Both the position numbers and the translations under genes were made by a program. A stretch of DNA of 25,398 bases, from positions 62,001 to 87,398 of the forward strand of contig JYFJ02001206.1 of NCBI GenBank assembly GCA_000934665.2. The letters run 5' to 3'. Of this stretch, positions 1-11,460 are shown in pieces (within the stretch, counting starts at the first letter, position 1; each line of letters opens with the position of its first letter). This DNA comes from Catajapyx aquilonaris. Taxonomy: Eukaryota. Under the pieces are notes generated by a model. That model saw only the letters and a list, made by a program, of their open reading frames with translations, did not search any database and had not been told where the DNA came from.

Positions 1-598
1 GCAGCATTAGAGCATATGTGCGTCGAACCCGAGTTGGTAGAAATGTGAGCTTTAATGTGGTTCGTTATCTTGTCAGCTCTCTCACTTTTTCCTGGTAGTG
101 ATAATGATTGGAGCAAGATAATTGCGACATTAGATTTCTGCAGGTAGTGATATACCTATGATTTCCTTTACATTGTAGAGAATGAACGTCCTTCAATTCT
201 ATGGCTCCTCATGCTTAAAAGTGACCTTACTCTAAGCAGTCTAAGGTGTGCCAACTACTACAAAATGGTTTACCTGTTATCATTTCCATCTAAGGAATGT
301 GGATTAGGCTGTAATCATTCGGTAGAAGGTTACTGATTACGTTTCATAAAAATATAATCTGCATTGTTGTCGGTTACTGTCTTGCCACAATTTCCTAGTA
401 AGTGAATTATAAATAATTTTTATGTATGTTTGTACAGTGTTTTCTGGAGCTGATTGTTCATTTTTTTGACATGCAGTACCGTTATAATTATGCATATTAA
501 CACATTTGTTTAGAGGAAATATGGTCATATGGGGGTTGATGTTACATTATGAGAATAATAACTTCCTGAAAAAACGATACAAAAGATTCATTTTTTCC

Positions 599-2958
599 TT
601 ACATGATTGATTTTCTTGGGGGCAAAGGAGGAGTTCGTTGAGTGTTATGCGTCGCTGCAGAACTTGCATCAGCATAAATTTCATCATCATTTGCATTTTT
701 ATGTACATTTCCTCCATCATTATAAATGGGTTCTTCAGTGACGTTTCCTGCATCATCATAAGTACTCTCATCATTGTTTGCATGAACCTGGACCGGTGTG
801 GTACTTTCTGCATCATCGTAAACAGGATTATGATTCTGGCCATTTGTAGCATCATCATAAATAGGATGTTGATTATGGCCATTTGTAGCATCATCATAAA
901 TAGGATTTTGATCCTGGTCATTCTCCACGACATTTGTAGCGTCGTCGTAAACAGCAGAATTTTCGCAGTGCCCATGTCGAGAATTATGTGTCACATTCAT
1001 ATCTTCATATATAGGTGCCTTAATATTTCCAGCCTCTTCATACACTTTGTTGTGATGTCTGGAAGTGGGTGACACATTTCCTGCATCAACATAAGTTTGT
1101 GGTCTGTTGTTCTGATGTGAAAAATCACGTGATATATTTCCAGCATCGATATATGTGCTGTTGTCCTGGATACTTGTTGCTGGAGATTGCTGATGACTTC
1201 TGGGTGGTAAATGCCGATTGTCTTCCTGGCTATGGATTTGAACTATTGCTGATGACCCAAGACCACTCGGGCTGGCTTGATGGGAATTGCTTACCTGATC
1301 CGGGCTATAAAAATTAGTAGACCTTACAGAATTCATTAGAGACTTGCCCAGTCCTGGCCTTCTTTTATGCCACAAAAAGGTCATAACCTGCAAAATGGAT
1401 AATCACTGTATATTGCGTAAGTAGTACTTAATTATAGAAAATAAGACCTTTGTGTGCAGGGTTTCTAAAAATATGCAATTACCAGTAATCCTATCAGGGT
1501 GATTGCAAACAAAGTGCCCAAAGCGATAGCAGCACCCCTACTTTTATCTCCTTGTACAATGACCACCGTTGCTTCTGTAAAATAATTAATATGCATATAA
1601 TTTATTAAAATGCTACTATATGTAATCAAATTATATTAATTCAATGACATACTTGTAGTACTTTGGAGATGTGTCGTCCTTGTCGATTCTGTAGTATTTG
1701 CATATGTTGTGGTTGTCTCTTTTGTGTGGTTGGAAGTGTGGTTGTAATATTCATTGTTGTAGTTACAGCTGTGGCAGCTGTTGTTGCATTATGTGGCTCT
1801 GATGTGACTTTTGACGTTGATTTCGTGGTATGACCAGTTGCCTTGATGGTCAAGTTCTGAATAATTTTTCCTGCATGGACGTCACGAACTTTGCAGATGA
1901 CCGAGTGGGTAAAATCACAGGGAAAAACATTCATTCCTTCATGTGTAATTGCCACGCACCCGGTGGTTTTTTGCAACTCCACATCACTTCTGTAACAAAA
2001 TAATTCACGTTGTAAGTCCACATGCAATATTTTAAAATTACAACTTCTATGGACTTACATTGCTGTGGAATTGTTTAGGCTTCTCTCGTATGTCGGAAAA
2101 GTGTTAGAATTTCCTATCCACCAAGACTGGTTGCCCTTAACCACACTTCTTATCCAATCCTTGTAGATAAGAAACAAAAATTTAGTAATAATTAATTACA
2201 GCTTATTACTATGTATACCATTTCACGTGTCGTCTGAATGACAGCCATGTTGCTTCCGACATGCTCCCGGCATACATCTACTGCTTGATTCCATGTCAGT
2301 TCACCTTTGCAGTGATAGTAAAAGTAGCCATGTTGTTTGTATGGTTCACACAGTACGTCATGTGTTGCCCTGGCTGAAAATACATTATTGACGTCATTTT
2401 GACAGTTATCATTACCCTTAGTTGACTGCATAATTTTATTTATATTACCCCGTGATAACCCGATTAGGGTTTATAGGGGAGTGGATTACCACCATTTTTA
2501 GAAACAATTTTCCAATTTTACTTCAATCTCCGTGCAAGGACTTTCGGGATATAAGGTAGGGAAAGGGATTGTTGAGGAGGGGACACTTGTGCAGGTGCAT
2601 TGTCCTAGGCTTTGGGCCATGTGCAGTCCCCCAGGAGGTTAGGTTGCCAGACACCTCCTTGGTGCAGGTCAGAGACCCTCCCGACGCAGGTGAAAGGAAG
2701 TTCCCCAGGCGGGGATCAAACCTGGGGCCTTTCACTCAGCAAGCCGAGACGTTACCATCTCGGCCACCACACCTCCCCCTAGTTGACTGCATAATCACAA
2801 ATACAAATGCAAATGATAGAGAAGAATGATAAATGACTTACCACATACGCAATAATGTACCACAAGCATCATCCATAATGAAATGCAGCGAATTCTGCAT
2901 TAGTAGCAAGTCAGAAAAGGAGTGAGATTTTCCTCCTTCAGTACTCCACTGCTGACAT
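599..2958 (-). CDS. CTL receptor 1: signal peptide + single C-type lectin-like domain + Thr-rich mucin-like stalk + TM + long multi-tyrosine cytoplasmic tail (apparent 1-bp frameshift at ~1720)
   Basis: Manual exons: 2958-2945 (tentative), 2894-2842, 2373-2219, 2159-2059, 1989-1653, 1574-1483, 1387-599, all with GT-AG borders. CTLD motifs: LTWNQAVDVC..MAVI, SWWIG, GCVAI..FPCDFTHSVICK. TM: AAIALGTLFAITLIGLL/VMTFLW followed by HKRR. The phase of the TM exon requires one extra base in the A-run at 1720-1723. Confidence 0.8.
811..950 (-). repeat. 39-bp coding tandem repeat (PIYDDATNGxNxx) in the cytoplasmic tail of CTL receptor 1
   Basis: catttgtagcatcatcataaataggat recurs at 841 and 880, with degenerate copies on both sides. 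Confidence 0.85.
2435..2779 (-). mobile_element. tRNA-derived SINE in an intron of CTL receptor 1
   Basis: Minus-strand head GGGGGAGGTGTGGTGGCCGAGATGGTAAC (A box) and GGTTTGATCCC (B box). A-rich tail GGGGTAATATAAATAAA. 16-bp TSD tagttgactgcataat at 2419-2434 and 2780-2795. Confidence 0.9.
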
Positions 2959-3154
2959 CTTCTGAATGAATAAATACACTATATCTAGACGATAATAGTC
3001 TACTTATCGCTCGTTATCTAACTGCTGATTTCAAACTATTATGACTATTCTATCGGCATCCACGAAAGGATATGCAACACTACCAAAATAATAATGAAAT
3101 CTGTATAAATGAAGCCGTTTGTGAGTCTGCCTGTCTCTCTGTCTGTCCGCCTGC

Positions 3155-3252
3155 CAACCGTCATTTGCCTGCCATCTGTGCTCCACCCCCAGGCCGGAAC
3201 AGGATGGAGGTGTTGGGGGTTTTGAATACAAATGGCAGGCAAATGACGGTTG
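3155..3252. repeat. Inverted repeat / hairpin with a 21-bp perfect stem
   Basis: caaccgtcatttgcctgccat (3155-3175) is the reverse complement of 3232-3252; imperfect pairing continues inward. Confidence 0.8.
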
Positions 3253-3515
3253 CCGTTACACAGGCGGGAGAGGTTGAAGGTGTTGGAGTAGCAGGAGATG
3301 GCATTGGTGGGCGGACACACTGAAATACAGACAGTTGACGGGGCCACTGGCAGGTGCTTTCCCTTCATTCATTTCTTCCCGGGCAACGCCGGGTGCCGCA
3401 TCTAGTGAAGCATAAACGGCGAATACCAAAGCAATTTTTATATCATAATAAACCAATTGGCACTATTGGCAATTGAAGAAGACGGCTTGATTATTAATTT
3501 TGTACTTTATTGAAA

Positions 3516-5072
3516 TCATGGTCCTGTAGTACCAGACAGTAGCCTTCTCGTGTGAAAATTGTCCCTGATGAATGCTCTTCGATTTCTCCATACCAAAAAA
3601 AGTGTCCGGAACTGTAAAAACAAAAAAAACAAAAAAAAAGCTGAGAGTGTAACCCCCAATCAACTAGAAACATACCAGACATCCAAGAAGAAGCAGTAGA
3701 AAAATTGATACTGCCGACAATATCATGATCACATAATTGTCCCTTATAATATCCAGAAATGTAACAGTAGCTTCTTCAATTACCACAGTGTCCAACTCTT
3801 CATCTAATAACATTTCCGTAATATCAGTGCTGTAGCTGTAGTATTCTTTTTCACAGATGAAGGGACATTTCTGGCTGCATTGTTGGTCACTTAAGTAGCC
3901 ACCCTTCATCATTCCGCAATCCTCTTCGTTATCCACATGAGATGTATGGACATCCCATGGTCTGCAACAATGTAGTAAAAAGTCATTTCTGCCCTGTAAC
4001 AATAGTAATAATAATCGACTAACATAGCATCAGTGTCCAAGACGTCCTTATTCAACCATTTCCAATCGAAGCCGACCTTCTCAATTCCTAACCACCACGA
4101 TGAACACTTTCCTTCATTTTCCTTGCCGCGAATTAGAAAGTAACCTACGATATACTGGACAAAGATATTCCTTTACTTGATGTTCAGATACGTGTCTATT
4201 CTGTCCTCACCTTATCTGTCGCATTGTGGATCTGAAGGAGCGACCAGGACTTTCTCCTGCAAGTGTTGTAGGCCTCTATCCATGTAGATTTACTAGTAAA
4301 AAATTCGAAGGACTCGTATGAGAAGGGTACAGGCATCTTCAGCCCTGTATTATCTGGGAATAGTAAGAGTCTTTGAATACTTCCATAATATAATTATAAC
4401 ACCCAATTAAGTAGGCCTACCATCATAGCAGATGAAGCACCTGACTTCGTTACAAGGAATCGGATTTAAACTCCTGCTGCTCCTGATGAACTCTGCGCAG
4501 TCCTTCCCATACTTTCCATTGTTAGGTTCTCCCTCGTCCCATTTGCTGAAAATGAACCCCGTTATCTTTGTGTCTACACAGTCATATAATGAGAAAGTAA
4601 CTCACATTGCTGCAGTGTCCAGCGGATGTCCATTAACCCACTTCCACGTATCCTCCAGGTCCCTGTCGTCAATGCCTATCCACCAAGAATCGCGTGGATT
4701 GTTGCTTGAATGAGTCACATTGTCCAGCCATATCTAGTAGAATCGGAAGTGAATTATTGTCTAAATGGAATATAGCATCTTACCTTTTCGAGAACATCTT
4801 GTATGATAACAAGATCTCCTTGTAAGTCTTGACACTTTTGTCGGGCGTCGTACCATGCCAGTGGACTGCGACATAAAAGGTAGGACTTATTGTTGTTCAC
4901 TGGTGGTGTCCAATCATGTTCACACTCAATCTCCTTGCATTCTAATTTGTCTTAAATGATATTAGACGGATGTTAAGCGTCGTATATTTAAATAACTCTA
5001 ACAAACATTGTGCATCCACTTACTTGCAAGCAACACCACAGCAATAGTCTGCCATACGGTCCAAAGCGACAT
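3516..5072 (-). CDS. CTL receptor 2: signal peptide + two CTLDs (EPN motif in domain 1) + TM + short tail with no tyrosine
   Basis: Exons 5072-5024 (MSLWTVWQTIAVVLLA), ~4950-4784, 4733-4606 (SWWIGIDD..WKWVNG), 4545-4421 (WDEGEPNN..DCAE..CNEVRCFIC), 4353-4211, 4154-4024, 3961-3676 (CPFICEK..TM), 3611-3516. Phases are consistent and AATAAA follows the stop. Confidence 0.9.
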
Positions 5073-5298
5073 GACCTTTAGCGGAATGGAAGGATCAACA
5101 TATCACTTGCAATGCCAGTTTGGCATACATAATTATACCGATTCTAAGCACTGAATACCATCACACGCGTAAGGTCAAACTCCTCAGTGAGTACTGCTGG
5201 GTGCAGGGGGCATAGTTCTTTAGAATGTACTACTTCATGTTTGCACAGAAATGATAGAAGATATGCTGATAATTAATTTTTTCATGGTTTATTTCATT

Positions 5299-5373
5299 TT
5301 GACAAGCCTGACAAAGGATTACTGTAGGCCTAGCACTAGGAGGCCTACAGTAATCCTTTGTCAGGCTTGTCAA
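5299..5373. repeat. Perfect palindrome with 33-bp arms and a 9-nt loop
   Basis: ttgacaagcctgacaaaggattactgtaggcct (5299-5331) is exactly inverted at 5341-5373. Confidence 0.9.
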
Positions 5374-5620
5374 TATGAGATTGCTGAAGAAGAACAGCAA
5401 AAAAAAATCATAACAACTACTCCATGGTCTAAGCATTGTTGACCATGCACACGAATGTACTGCATGGTGGCAGTAGGCTGATAAGTGATAAAAATAATGG
5501 AGTACCAAGAAAATTGATATAATGCATTTACAGAGGTCATGTTGTGTATGCAAACATATCACATTCTACGACTTGATTTCTATTCCCGTCTCGACCTTAT
5601 CTCTGCATATACGTACTGTA

Positions 5621-5727
5621 CGGTCTCAATTAGTTTCGACCACTTTATCCTGGTCATGAAGCAACCCTTCGCACAGGCCTCATGGTGAGGACCAGGATAA
5701 AGTGGCCAAAACTAATAATCGAGACCG
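5621..5727. mobile_element. Small MITE-like element with ~35-bp imperfect terminal inverted repeats
   Basis: cggtctcaattagtttcgaccactttatcctggtc ... gaccaggataaagtggccaaaactaataatcgagaccg, flanked by TA-containing sequence. Confidence 0.6.
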
Positions 5728-5882
5728 ATATAGTACCAATCACCAGGAAGAGTCGTGTATACAGTACCACAGCACATTACTATTGGGTGTGACCCTTGTA
5801 AGGATAAACCGGGTATAAAACCCACCCCCGAGAATAATTCAACAGATTGAGTGTCCACATTATTTATTGCTGAGAGTACCCA

Positions 5883-7462
5883 TTAATCAACCCGTGTTCT
5901 CTCGGTGCTTGCGGTGGAGTGTGATCGTGGTCGCGAGAATATTTCGACCTCGTCCCCTTGCACCAGACCTTCATTGAAAGCATGTTCGACACCCATGTCT
6001 GCCAGAGACGCGTAGGAAGAGCTCTCCGTTGCTATCGGACGGGGTTTACGGAACTTCCGACGCACCAACATCATCATCATAGCCTTGGGTTTGAGGATGA
6101 GAAGAATTATTAGGACTATTCAGAATTTGACACATTGTAATTACTCACGAGTGCAACAAGGGCGAGGCATCCCATGCTCACTTTCAGAGCAACGGCCAGT
6201 CCTGATGGGGAGCTCACACTGGATTCACTCGGTTCTGCTACCATTTTAACGTCTGAAGTGTAATTAAAATTTACTACAATCAATTTTAATTTCTTGATAT
6301 CCACCTTACCACTGCCTACTGTTGAATTGAGCCATGTTTTACTCCTCTTGCATATGGATGAGTAGTTCTGGTTGCAAGGGTAGTCAACAAGGTGTCCTTT
6401 GTGGATAGTCCCACAATATTTCGTCTGCTCATTTGTTGCATTTTTGGGATTCCTGCAAGAAGTTACAGTCAGAAGCTACAACAATAGATGCCTGAAACTG
6501 TCAACTTACTTGGGTTCTTCAGTTGTAACACTACAGTCTTCAAGTGGGTCTGTTCCTTGACTTATCCACCACGAGTCACACGTATTTTCATCATGCAAGA
6601 TGATGTACAGCATCATATTCTGCATATGCAAATAAAATTGTTTTTACCATTGTTACAACCTGTTAATTTCATATAGTGCAATACCCCACTTGCCCTTTGT
6701 TTACAGTTATCAAGAGAGATTAGAGATGATCCTGTACTTTTGCAGGCGTCCTTTGCTTCAGCCCATGTGGACTTCAGACCGTGAAACTCCACATCAGTCA
6801 TCACAACATCGTCTATACTCCCTGTAATACACATCAGTACAAACACAGCCCATGTAAACTCTGTAAACCTGCTTACCATAATGGCATATGAAACACTTGT
6901 ATGCCCCACACGTTTGCTTCTGAACCTTCAACGATGATCTGTCAAAGTGAGTACACTCTTCCGTCTCACTTCCATCTGCAGTTGTCCACTTTCTGAAAGA
7001 ATCAACAGACAATTTTCTAGTCCCAAACTAGTTAGCTGGACTTACATCTTGGACTCTTCGAACGAACTACCATCCACCCATCTCCATTTTGAGTCCACCT
7101 CTGCCAGTCCTGTCCACCAGTTAGCCGCACTGTCCACCACATTTTGTAGCCATTTCTGCATAATCACATCATTACAATAAATTCATTGCAATGTTAAGTC
7201 ACACTTACATGCTCTTCCTCTGACTTAATCACTAGCAGGTCACCTCCTTCTTGCTTGCAGTGCTTTCTTGCATCGGACCAACTGGAAACATTTCCGTTGA
7301 AAGAGTACGACCAAGTGGTGTTTGCCCTTTCTATCCATACAGATTCACCTAGAATTTGCCACATGTTAGGTTGTACAAGGGGGGACATATACAGTCACAC
7401 TTACCAGTCACTGACAGAAGTATGAGAGCAATCAAAGAGAGACGACAACCGATGCAATCCAT
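5883..7462 (-). CDS. CTL receptor 3: signal peptide + two CTLDs + TM + tail with ITIM-like SSYASL
   Basis: Exons 7462-7405, 7348-7209, 7155-7046 (NWWTGLAE..WRWVDG), 6992-6877, 6821-6694 (probable GC donor), 6619-6510, 6452-6310, 6252-6149, 6083-5883. AATAAA lies ~15 nt after the stop. Confidence 0.9.
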
Positions 7463-7895
7463 GTTTCTGGACCGAGGTATGGCGCATTAATCTCGTTGCT
7501 CACTCGCACAAGGTGTGAGATATGGAAGGAATCTAATCATTGTGTGCTTATAAGATAAGGATGACAGGTAGGCCGTGAGTTCATTGAAACACCAGCCCAT
7601 GTTACGCATTTAATAAGTACAACATATTTATTCAGCTCTTACAAAATGCATTATTTACAGGTTTACCGCTACTACTAAAATTCCATTTGTACCAGTTACA
7701 AAGAGTAAAAATCTGAAGCGTACAGAAGTTCATTAATCATGTTTACATCAGCAAACATTGTCCTTGAGATACACCTACCATCAACAAAGGCCTGACGCAT
7801 TAATCACTGCTACAATGATTGGCCACCAGAGTGAGGCTCAAGTGACAGAAAGCGGTTGAACCATGGTCTTAAAATACTAAGGTCTGAACACTCTC

Positions 7896-8199
7896 TCTTA
7901 TCGCCTGCCCGGCGGTTTCTATGAGGTGCTCACTTGAGAGCGCCATGAGACAGCTTTTCTCTGCTCAATTATGTGGCGACCCTACCGGACTACGCTGAAC
8001 TAAGGTAGAAGAGAAGCCTCTACATGCGGGCCCAACATGGCCGCAGGCCACCATGTTGGGTCCCCCAATGTAACGCTTCCCTTTTGTACCTATAAAGTTC
8101 TGCGTAGTCCGGTAGGGTCGCCACATAATAGAGCGGTGAAAGGTCTCATGGCACTCTCAGGTGAGCATCTCATGCAAAACGCCCCGGCAGGCAATAAGA
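7896..8199. mobile_element. ~300-bp foldback/MITE-like imperfect palindrome
   Basis: Arms pair along their whole length (tcttatcgcctgcc/ggcaggcaataaga; attatgtggcgaccctaccggactacgc/gcgtagtccggtagggtcgccacataat; cccaacatgg/ccatgttggg). Centre at ~8045. Confidence 0.8.
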
Positions 8200-8243
8200 T
8201 AAGATTGTAGAGGAAGTGTCCAGGGGCTGGGTTGAACAAAGGG

Positions 8244-8332
<89 letters not shown>
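8244..8332. repeat. (AAT)n microsatellite, about 29 units
   Basis: Uninterrupted aat repeat. Confidence 0.98.
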
Positions 8333-8402
8333 TCTCGCAGCTTTTCAGTTCACTAGTCTGTTCTAATTTGTCCCAACCTAATTTATGTCTACACATCTGG
8401 GC

Positions 8403-10450
8403 CTAAACTGTCGTTTCATAATATTCCAGCCTGCTGTACACTGTTTCACTTCGCGGAATAGAGTGCCCATCTCTGCTGAGGTTTGCAACAAGCCGTTTCC
8501 TCACAGATAGTCGAAGCACCTCCAGTGACCTTTGACCGTAGTAGTACGCCGATTTGCATGCAGGGGTCTGTTCGAATATGGATAATATGGCACATTTGAT
8601 CATCCTCAAAAACATAATTATTACGAACATTACCTTCATTATAATGAGTCCAACAATAGTTGTTGCGCACATGATGAAAACCAAAGCAGTAATTATTTTC
8701 AGCAAAACTGTAGTTCTTGAATATCCTGCAAAAAAGCTGAAGTTCCATTAGAATTTTGGCTGCCTTTAAAATTAACGTTGGGTTTACCTACGCTGCTACT
8801 GGGATTAATTTTGCAAATAAATGGAACTTTTCGATCGCAAGGAAATTCATACACCTTCCCATCCTTGATTGCAGAGCACATTGCTTCATCATATATTTTT
8901 GCTTCGTTATGTTGGATATCTCTGCAATTAAGAATTATTTGTACTATTATTGTTTTTTTTGGCAAAATATAATGGACAGGGTTAGTAAAATTACCCAATC
9001 AAAGGGATTACAAACATTTTGAGAATTTTTGCAGCATTTTCTTGTTGCGTCCATCTCATAACCTCCGGTTCATTGTGGTGAATCCACCATGAACTGCAGC
9101 TGGTGTCGTCATACAGAATGTAATAATCAAGGATTCCCTGCAATTAAAGTTCATTATTCAACAATTACTGCCAATGTACTGGAAAAATATTTACCTTATC
9201 TCTTAACGACACGACTGTGGGCAGAGACCAACCACGTTTTCTGCAAATGTGAAGAGCGTCATGCCATGTCCTTTGTTTCTCATGAAATTCCATGTTGTCA
9301 TAACTAAATGGTTCTGGCATAATGAACGTTCCTGAACACATACCAAAACCATATTAATATAAAGTACAGTCTACTCAGCTGAATAACCCACCATTGTAGC
9401 AGGCATAGCACTCCTTTGAATGGCACGACACATTTTGAAACACCGATCCTTCTCGCCGGTACACTGTACACATTGCAGGATTGTCACTTTCAACTTCATT
9501 TTCAACAAACTTTCTGCAATCACAATATTCCTAACATGATTTACAACAACAATCGAAGCAATGATAACATACATGCGCGATGTGTTTAAGTTGCTGTCGT
9601 CAACCCACGCCCATTGCCACTCGTTATCGTCATCAGACAACCCGACCCAATATTCAATTCCTGTTTCCAGAGCGTCGTTCATCAGTTCCTGCAAGTATTT
9701 ATATATTGACAAACAACAATGTATGCACATCTTCTTGGCAAGGACTGACGGTCTTACCAGCTCTGATTTTGTTCCGAGCACCAGCAAACTGGAATTGTCC
9801 TCACGGCACGTTGCCAATGCTTCTGACCATTTCTGAGGTGTATGATGAAGAACATAATGATCTGACGATGTCGTAAGCTCAGTACGTTCTAATTGAATGC
9901 TCTCCACTACCGGTAAGGAACCTGAAATGTATTGATACAAATTAATACGCCATTATTAAAGGATCGCCTGCATAGACGGTGGCGTCTCACGTATGTTGAC
10001 ATACTATTGCATCAGGTTCAAACCTTGTCATAAACAAAACAACGTGCGCAGTGGACACGATATGATAAAAAGAGTAGGAACCACTATTGTTAAACGCACA
10101 TTTAACCGAATCGTAATTTAATGAGCACATCATAATATTCAGTTTTCATAAAATAGTCGCTGCAGGATAGGACTGTGACTTCACGACATCGCTTCAGGAT
10201 ATCATCAACTATTTTAAGGTCACTTTGTACGGGTTACGCGAATTTTTTTGTGGAAACAAACTCTCAAGTACAATTTATACAAATCACACTCCTAACAGTA
10301 AGTCGCATGTAGCGTAGGCCTAAGTGCCTCTTGTAGACTACATAATATCTGAACACTATTGCAAAATGAATAATTAGGAAATAGTAATTACTCACTGATG
10401 ACGTCGATGCAAAGCAATAAGGCAGTACACAAAGCCCAGAAACGAAGCAT
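8403..10450 (-). CDS. CTL receptor 4: signal peptide + two CTLDs + TM + tail with TVYSRL and C-terminal ETTV
   Basis: Exons 10450-10396 (MLRFWALCTALLLCIDVI), 9921-9758, 9688-9573 (EYWVGLSDDDNEWQWAWVD), 9513-9392, 9331-9195, 9137-9016, 8921-8788, 8725-8634, 8567-8403. Phases are consistent. Confidence 0.9.
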
Positions 10451-10863
10451 GTTTAGGCAGAACTTGTGTCTCAGACGCCAGGCAGGAAATGAGTACTGTA
10501 CAGCATACCTATCGATGCGCTATCTTTCACGTGATAATCGTGGTTGGTAGCCTATATATAAGTTCTATAAATTCATTAACGACGCATTTTGGACTATAGA
10601 CAGGTCTACATAGGGTTCGGAACTTGCCCCCATTTCGCAATATGAAGTTTAACAGCGCAGTAGTACTGGTTGAATTACAAATATTTATATCGGAAGATAT
10701 GGTTCTCTAATTATTCGTACTGTGAAGGGACAGGCGGCAAATGAGTTGACATAAACAGATAAGAGAGATTAACCCTAATTAATGGAGGAAACTCATCCAA
10801 TTTATATCGTGTCTGCTGTAACAGATTGCATTGTTTTGATAATATTTAAAATTGAGACAAAAT

Positions 10864-11188
10864 GGGGAGGCGAAGTGGCGCTGCGGTAACGTATGCGCCC
10901 GCGGATGTTAAGGTCCCGGGTTCGATCCCAACCCGGGGTTCCCCCCTTCATCTCGCGCAGAGTAAGACCGTCTCTGGCTTCGTTTCGGGTGGCGATCCTT
11001 CCACATATGCCACCCGGGGGAGTTCACAAAACGGCACATCAACGTCTGTGCACACGCACTTTGCACATCCCCTCCTACCTACCCTTGGAACACGCTAAAT
11101 ACTATCTTAGTATACCAGTTCCACCCAGATGGTGGTATTCCACCCCCCCTAAAGGAAATGTAACTCCCAATGGGGTAATGCAAAAAAA
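10864..11188 (+). mobile_element. tRNA-derived SINE, full length
   Basis: A box TGGCGCTGCGG, B box GGTTCGATCCC, tail GGGGTAATGCAAAAAAA. 10-bp TSD gagacaaaat at 10854-10863 and 11189-11198. Confidence 0.92.
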
Positions 11189-11460
11189 GAGACAAAATAC
11201 TAGAGTGAACAATAGCATAATTATATTGGTTAGCACAAGACTATACGTGTACTTTAATAAGGGGTTGCCATTTGGTCCTTCATCCTGGTTACTCAGACAA
11301 TTAGAATGAAGCAAATGCATTACACCATCTACTATTAGTTTCTGCTCATAGCTATGACGGTATAATAGGACAACGAGTAAACCATCCACAAATAACAGTA
11401 TACCAGCCAGTAATTATAAAAATGATATTTATTTATTTTAAAAATATTTTACATAAGTAG

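Noticed and set aside
547..1072. Met/Ile-rich ORFs 547-975 (-) and 638-1072 (+)
   Set aside because: Alternative-frame and antisense shadows of the repetitive receptor 1 tail exon.
2419..2434. SINE TSD appearing to duplicate a splice acceptor (tgcag|tcaact)
   Set aside because: That junction is phase 0 and incompatible with the phase-1 upstream exon. The phase-compatible acceptor is at 2373, so the SINE is simply intronic.
3045..3456. Small 'secreted' or Cys-containing ORFs between receptors 1 and 2
   Set aside because: The 3456 start is TTG rather than ATG, no consistent splice model was found, no domain is recognisable, and the region overlaps an inverted repeat.
8157..8396. Poly-tyrosine ORF
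   Set aside because: Translation of the (AAT)n microsatellite.
10864..10940. tRNA gene candidates here and at ~2700-2779, ~21140-21200 and ~23565-23635
   Set aside because: They have A/B boxes but no complete cloverleaf and run into SINE bodies; two have TSDs and A-rich tails.
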